DNA of 62,993 nucleotides from a virus (Duplodnaviria; Caudoviricetes): IMG/VR virus record IMGVR_UViG_3300046171_000113, positions 1 to 62,993 of that record; one strand, 5' to 3'. Shown piece by piece: positions 57,585 to 62,993 of this stretch (position 1 is its first letter; each line of letters starts with the position of its first letter). The notes under the pieces were generated by a model. It saw only the letters and a program-made list of their open reading frames with translations, ran no database searches and was not told where the DNA came from. The position numbers and the translations under genes were made by a program.

Positions 57585-59065
57585 TAATAATAAGTCCTCT
57601 GTTGTGGAGGCATTTTTTCCTCCTCGTAATCTTCAGGGTGATTTATTAAACCTCCCTGTCTAAATCTCATTACAGCTTGGGTCATTGAGTCCACTAGATC
57701 ATCATGGTCTCCATAAGGAAAAGCTGCACATTCCTCAATGACTTCTTGTGCGAAGTCCATATCTTTGGGCGCCCATATCAGTCCCGACTCAAAGAGCGGA
57801 GATACTGCGTTTACCCTCGTGTGTTTATCGTTACCACGAGATGGTGAAAAATTTATAACAGGAATACCCATCTTACGCAACTCATAAGTTAAGGGAAGCC
57901 CTGATGCCTTACTCTCGATTATAACTGTTTCCGGATTCCAGTAGCCGTATTGCTCCATTGCAATACGCCGGAGTTCAGGAAATTCATATCTACCTTTTAA
58001 TGCATCAACCAATATTAAACTTGGTGGTGAGTCTTCATTTTCTTGAAACACGCCCCAGGTTGTAATAGCTGAGTAGTCGGCAGTTTCTTTTTTCATAAAA
58101 GCTGTATCGTAAGATTGTATAATATGTTGAAGCGGTGGCATTTCATCCTCTTCCCAATCTTTCCACCACTCACGTTTTATTAAGGCACCTTCTTCTGAAG
58201 TAGGATTCTGCATATACTGTGCATTCCATTTAGTCAGGGGAATACTAGCTTTGACAGATTCTAAATCATCTAACTTCCAATACTCTGGCCAAACAGGTTT
58301 ACCTGATGGAAGTATTGCAGGAAATTCTACAATCTCCCACTGATCAGCTTTAACTCCTTTTTGAGCACTTAATAATCTACCTGTTAAATCTTTTTGATTC
58401 CATCTTGTCATGATAACAACAATTGATCCACCAGGTTGAAGACGTTGACGTGGACCAGAAGTATACCACTCATAAGTTCTATCAAGAGCTTGATTGTTCA
58501 TAGCATCTTGTTCAGTATGTGGGTCATCAATAATTAGTAGATCAGCTCCCCGTCCTGTAATAGCAGAGCCAACACCGGCAGCATAATATTCACCACCTTG
58601 TTCGGTTTCCCATTTACCAGCAGCTTGAGAATCAGGATTAAGTCTAGTTTTAAAAACTTGTTTATATTCTGGTGAGTCCATCAAAGATTTAGCCTTACGA
58701 CCAAACCTTACAGATAATTCAGTTGTGTTAGTTGATTGAATAATTTTTAGTTTAGGATTTCTACCAACCATCCATGCAGGTAAAAGATAAGAACCAAATT
58801 CAGACTTGGTATGTCTGGGTGGCATATTAATAATTAATCTTTTAATTTTACCTTGAGCAAGTTGATCAAACTTATTTGCAATTCTTTGGTGATGTTTACC
58901 TTCAATAAAATCAGGCCAAACATGTTTTACAAAATCCATAAAGTTATTTTGTATACCAGCAGTCTTTTTCTTTTCACCATACTGATTAGCCAATAATGAA
59001 AATTGTCTTCTCACATCTGCAGGTAACTTATCGAAGTTCTTTAGTTTATCTTTATCTATCTTCAT
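57584..59065 (-). CDS. terL: Terminase large subunit, allele B (intact)
   Basis: PPRHTKS, LLIIDDPH, HDDLVDS. Confidence 0.95.
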   Translation of the reverse strand: MKIDKDKLKNFDKLPADVRRQFSLLANQYGEKKKTAGIQNNFMDFVKHVWPDFIEGKHHQRIANKFDQLAQGKIKRLIINMPPRHTKSEFGSYLLPAWMVGRNPKLKIIQSTNTTELSVRFGRKAKSLMDSPEYKQVFKTRLNPDSQAAGKWETEQGGEYYAAGVGSAITGRGADLLIIDDPHTEQDAMNNQALDRTYEWYTSGPRQRLQPGGSIVVIMTRWNQKDLTGRLLSAQKGVKADQWEIVEFPAILPSGKPVWPEYWKLDDLESVKASIPLTKWNAQYMQNPTSEEGALIKREWWKDWEEDEMPPLQHIIQSYDTAFMKKETADYSAITTWGVFQENEDSPPSLILVDALKGRYEFPELRRIAMEQYGYWNPETVIIESKASGLPLTYELRKMGIPVINFSPSRGNDKHTRVNAVSPLFESGLIWAPKDMDFAQEVIEECAAFPYGDHDDLVDSMTQAVMRFRQGGLINHPEDYEEEKMPPQQRTYY

Positions 59066-59267
59066 TTGAAAAATTTTTTCTAGAAAATTTTTACACTATT
59101 TTTTTAAAAAGTAAAAAAGTATTATAAGGCTTTAAATGTATGAAAGCTGGCATAAATACAAACTATTGGGACCCCTTTTATAAAAATAAAAAAACCTTTT
59201 TGTAAAAAAATCAAAACCCATAATGGGTCTGGTACCTCTATCATACATCTTAAATTCTCTTGATGCC

Positions 59268-59315
59268 TGGCGCACAACCTATGCTTGTATGCAAGGATTG
59301 CATAGGGTGTGCGCC
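59268..59315 (-). terminator. Hairpin downstream of the 59323 gene
   Basis: GGCGCACA-A-CCTATGC/GCATAGG-G-TGTGCGCC. Confidence 0.6.
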
Positions 59316-59322
59316 TGAGCTA

Positions 59323-59592
59323 CTAGTCTAACAGAACGTAGTATTCATCAACGAAGTTCTTTTGGAACCACGTCAAACCTTTTTGCATTGTGGTATAATC
59401 CTCGGTACGTTCTGCACCAATGATTGTATCATAGATCGCCACAGCAAATGCCGGTAGCTTTGCTGATTGGCTAAATGTTTCATCGCTGAATCTATTAAAG
59501 ATTGTCATCTCTTTAGTAGGCTCTGAACCAAAGTAACATTGGTCAAATGGTTTTGGTATTGTGTATGTTTTGTTTTTGTATTGTATTTGCAT
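59323..59592 (-). CDS. Small early protein (C-terminus DEYYVLLD)
   Basis: Own promoter and RBS; occupies the slot of 1546-1791. Confidence 0.8.
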   Translation of the reverse strand: MQIQYKNKTYTIPKPFDQCYFGSEPTKEMTIFNRFSDETFSQSAKLPAFAVAIYDTIIGAERTEDYTTMQKGLTWFQKNFVDEYYVLLD

Positions 59593-59617
59593 TTCTACCT
59601 TTCTGTTATATGTGACT

Positions 59618-59646
59618 AGTATATAGGATAATCCTACTTATGTCAA
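59618..59646 (-). promoter_or_regulatory. sigma70 promoter with palindrome in spacer
   Basis: TTGACA-17nt-TATACT; TAGGATAATCCTA at 59624-59636. Confidence 0.8.
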
Positions 59647-59659
59647 ATGTTTTTTTGTA

Positions 59660-59986
59660 CTATTCTGTCACACCCTCAACCCTTTGAATAATATTTCTTG
59701 GACCCCACCTATCATCACTAGTTACCTTGCGATAACCTTGGCTCTCTCGTCTGTGTCTGATAAACTCAATCGGTCGACCATGTTCTATATTCTTCATGTT
59801 AACTGATAACCAATCTAATTTACATGATTGACTACAAAAGAATTTATCTGAGTCTGAATACCAATTCTGATGGTCCATGTTACAGTATGCATATCGCCCT
59901 CTAACTACACCTCTAGATTTTAGAAATCTATCTTGTGTAGGGTTTTCATGACAGGTTGGTCCTTGGCAAAAATGTTTATTACTCAT
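59660..59986 (-). CDS. Cys-rich early protein (copy with different C-terminus)
   Basis: Counterpart of 1821-2156. Confidence 0.7.
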   Translation of the reverse strand: MSNKHFCQGPTCHENPTQDRFLKSRGVVRGRYAYCNMDHQNWYSDSDKFFCSQSCKLDWLSVNMKNIEHGRPIEFIRHRRESQGYRKVTSDDRWGPRNIIQRVEGVTE

Positions 59987-60053
59987 GCTACTACCACCAA
60001 TCCCATAATTAAACCAAAGAAACCAACGCAACAATAAAATTCAAAGCTTGTCA

Positions 60054-60245
60054 TTAATACCTCACTTTCCAACTGCCTTTGGCAGTTCTATATCCCTCTG
60101 CGTCATCATCAAAATAAGTCATTAGATTTGCACCTGCTTTGCTTGTCCAATATCTGCACTTGTCTGTCCAAGTTCCATTTCTTGTGATGTGTTTCTTATC
60201 CTTGTTAGAATAGTATGTGATTTTAAATTTAGTGTTTTCTTGCAT
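60054..60245 (-). CDS. Small early protein (copy)
   Basis: Identical to 2224-2415. Confidence 0.75.
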   Translation of the reverse strand: MQENTKFKITYYSNKDKKHITRNGTWTDKCRYWTSKAGANLMTYFDDDAEGYRTAKGSWKVRY

Positions 60246-60301
60246 TTCTACCTTTCTGTTATGTATGGGAGTATATACCAATACTCCCATAATGTCAACC
60301 C

Positions 60302-61270
60302 TTAATTTATACTTTCTTCATATTTTTTTCTAGCTAATATCTTCGCCTCTCTTGATTGATGTTTATTCTTCATGCCCTTAATCATACTTGCAAGGTTGCT
60401 TGGATTGTAGATAGTCAAACCTGTTGAGTTAGTTCTAATTAACTCTGCCTCATCAACTTGTATTCCAAGTTCAGTTGCAAGTTCTATCCCCTCACTCAAA
60501 TACCTGTATGCTTTCAATCCAATTTTTAATTGATCGCATTGTTTTTGAATTGTATCAATCCAAGTTTGGTGTTTTGATACAACATTACCTTTTGCAATTC
60601 GCCAATCATTAAATGTTTCGTACTCATCTTTGGTACAGGCTATTGCTCTTGATCTGCAATAAGATGTTCCAATAACATCAAGATAGTATTGGTCATCAAA
60701 TGTTTTTGTCATACCATTGTGGTCGCCATTTGAATAACTATGACTACGACTATGACCAAGTGCTTTTGAACACTCGTCAATATGTTTTGTTTTGTGTGGG
60801 TTATCTTTGTTTTCATTTTGTTGAGCATAGATATCTGGGTTGCAATCCATAGCTTTTAAATCTTCTCGGTAATATGCAAACGCAAATTTCTTTCCATCCT
60901 CATCACTATACTCACTACCATTTAGATTGCCAAACAAACCAAAATCAAAATGAGATTTAGTTTCTTTGATATCGCCATCCTCATCTTTGTCCTCACTATG
61001 AGCAAAGTAAAAGCATTTATCTTTTGCAACAACATCACAAGGACTTCCATATTTCTTTTTGAAAGTTCTAAGAACAGAAACATCTTCTGGTGGATATGAT
61101 CTTTCAACAACTTGCTTTGCAAGTTTGTGTGCTATGTCATAATGATAATCAACACTCTCTCTTGCTGACAAGAAATCTTCTCGTTCTTGTGTGTCCTCGT
61201 TCTCAAAGACATTTTTCATTTTATTAAAGAGTTTGTTTCGCAACTCTGTATTCATTCTTATTTTTTGCAT
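60302..61270 (-). CDS. Hypothetical protein, 322 aa (intact copy)
   Basis: ORF track. Confidence 0.85.
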   Translation of the reverse strand: MQKIRMNTELRNKLFNKMKNVFENEDTQEREDFLSARESVDYHYDIAHKLAKQVVERSYPPEDVSVLRTFKKKYGSPCDVVAKDKCFYFAHSEDKDEDGDIKETKSHFDFGLFGNLNGSEYSDEDGKKFAFAYYREDLKAMDCNPDIYAQQNENKDNPHKTKHIDECSKALGHSRSHSYSNGDHNGMTKTFDDQYYLDVIGTSYCRSRAIACTKDEYETFNDWRIAKGNVVSKHQTWIDTIQKQCDQLKIGLKAYRYLSEGIELATELGIQVDEAELIRTNSTGLTIYNPSNLASMIKGMKNKHQSREAKILARKKYEESIN

Positions 61271-61536
61271 TTTTGCCTTTCGTTTTTGTTAAACATAATC
61301 CTAATATATCCTATATTATATAATCTGTCAATCCCTTAAATAAAAAAACTTTCAACCTGTACGTGCATGGTTTTTTAATATATATACTAACCACCATCCC
61401 CAGCCACCGTCCAAGTATATAGGATAATTTGGGATATGTCAAGAAAATAAAAAATATTTATTTTTGTATGTGCCTTAATTCTGCCTTATTTATCCTATAT
61501 ACTCCTAATATGTTTAATCTAACAAAACGAGGTAAA

Positions 61537-61698
61537 ATGACAGATAGAGAAACTATCGATATGGTCAAAGGTTTGACCGATGCAGGAAATAGTACAATGG
61601 AAATAATTAAAATGCAAAAAGAATTAATCGACCTTTTATCTAAAAGAGTTGGAATTCTAGAAGAGTTTGTATTTAGAGATGTTAGAAAGAAAGCTTAA
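61537..61698 (+). CDS. Small coiled-coil protein (copy)
   Basis: Identical to 3706-3867. Confidence 0.65.
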   Translation: MTDRETIDMVKGLTDAGNSTMEIIKMQKELIDLLSKRVGILEEFVFRDVRKKA

Positions 61699-62086
61699 TG
61701 GAAACTGAACAATTAAAAAGAATTGCGGATGCCCTTGAAGAGGTCATTCGTATGGTGAAAGAAGACCAAGAAAGAACTAAAAAATATTTAGAAAAAGAGA
61801 AATCTTAATCTAAATCTGTAGCGTCCTGGAAGAAAGCCATTGGACGCTACTCAATCGCAAGTTGCATCATCCAACACTGGTGCAACTTGCGATTGAATTT
61901 ATTTTTTGTTTTGGGTCAAGGCTCAAGCTTCAAGCAGCAAGCCACAAGCTGGTCAATTGGTCTTGGACGCTATGCGCGGCACGCGTTAGGGATAATTCCG
62001 GGTGAGACCTACCGGAAACCAGCAAGCAACAAGCAGCTTGACAAGATAAAATTTATAGTGTATAGGATAATAAAGGAGAAAGATTT

Positions 62087-62686
62087 ATGTTAATAAAAGA
62101 AGCAAAAAAAATTACAGACAGTTTAACAAGAACCTCTAAGATGCCTGGCCTGAGTTACAGCCTGCCAGCGTGGGCCTGCCAGACTGGCGCGAAGCTTAGG
62201 AAGATTCCAACGAGCCCGTGCTTTGGTTGTTATGCTATGAAAAATAATTATACACGTTACCCAGCAATCAAGGAAGCCCAGTATAGAAGGCTCGACGCTA
62301 TTAATCACCCGCAATGGGTGGAGGCAATGGTTGCACAAATCAAACGGCAAAAATGGTTTAGATGGCATGATGCCGGCGACCTTCAATCAAAAGAGCATAT
62401 GCAAAAAATTATAGAAATCTGTAAACTTACACCTGATACCAAACACTGGTTACCGACTCAAGAGCGGCAATACCTGCCAGCACCTGAAGATGTTCCGGAA
62501 AATTTAATTATAAGATTAAGCGCTGCGAAGGTAGATGGCACCGCTGGCAACGCCTGGTCTCATAGCTCAACGGTGGTGACTGATGGAAACCCCAGCTGTC
62601 CAGCGCCTAATCAGGGCGGCCAGTGTCTAGATTGTAGAGCATGCTGGAATAAAGATATAAAAAATGTTAGTTATGGTAAACACTAA
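62087..62686 (+). CDS. Gp88-like Cys-rich protein (intact copy)
   Basis: SKMPGLSYSLPA, CFGCYA, RWHDAGD. Confidence 0.75.
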   Translation: MLIKEAKKITDSLTRTSKMPGLSYSLPAWACQTGAKLRKIPTSPCFGCYAMKNNYTRYPAIKEAQYRRLDAINHPQWVEAMVAQIKRQKWFRWHDAGDLQSKEHMQKIIEICKLTPDTKHWLPTQERQYLPAPEDVPENLIIRLSAAKVDGTAGNAWSHSSTVVTDGNPSCPAPNQGGQCLDCRACWNKDIKNVSYGKH

Positions 62687-62801
62687 TCATGACACATGTT
62701 TTTAAACATCCAAAATTTTACAGAATCCCTAGGGATAAATCGGATCAGGTCATTAGCAAGAGCGAACGCGACGGCGAAAGTGAGCGTGCACCTGGTCCGG
62801 G

Positions 62802-62938
62802 CCACAAGCAACAAACCTCAAGCAACAAGCAACAAGCGGGTGAGGCTCAAGCCTCAAGCTACAAAGACTCAAGCAGCAAGTAACAAGCCTCAAGCCCCAG
62901 GGCGCAAGGCTCAAGCTTCAAGCCACAAGCGTCAAGCT
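62802..62938 (+). repeat. NNCAAGC heptamer array (copy)
   Basis: Identical to 4977-5113. Confidence 0.85.
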
Positions 62939-62993
62939 CCATGATATCCTTCCCCTTATAAAGTTTTACAAGGTTAAGGGAGAGGGCCTTAAC

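Larger units (their letters stand above)
57726..62993. repeat. Terminal direct repeat, right copy
   Basis: Matches 1-5168. Confidence 0.95.

Noticed and set aside
1-62993. Prophage or integrated element
   Set aside because: No integrase, att sites or host genes; ends are redundant phage sequence.

Overview
The window is essentially one complete AT-rich (about one-third GC by eye) tailed-phage genome. The unit is ~57.8 kb, plus ~5.2 kb of terminal redundancy (1-5168 ~ 57726-62993). Gene content resembles marine podoviruses of SAR11-like hosts (HTVC023P-type by recall; inference). It encodes a family A DNA polymerase (Leu762 type), primase, SF1 and SNF2-like helicases, SSB, TerS/TerL, portal, scaffold, major capsid, GroES, short-tail and ejection proteins, and an M15 endolysin. 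I see no RNA polymerase, integrase, tRNA or CRISPR. Several essential genes carry single-base frameshifts, most likely sequence errors. Highlights: (1) a shared R-x5-G-[G/S/T] peptide motif recurring in about nine putative head-internal/ejection proteins, including a block of tiny K/R-rich proteins, a candidate capsid-loading or maturation signal. (2) The two terminal copies are different alleles: divergent TerL, a swapped promoter-gene-terminator cassette, and synonymous patches. (3) Early cassettes have sigma70 promoters overlapped by a TAGGAT-N-ATCCTA-type box, and an unlisted ribbon-helix-helix gene is a candidate regulator. (4) There is a candidate iteron origin, heptamer CAAGC arrays and several structured intergenic RNAs. 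(5) Seven tandem 2OG-Fe(II) oxygenases lie antisense inside the tail module.
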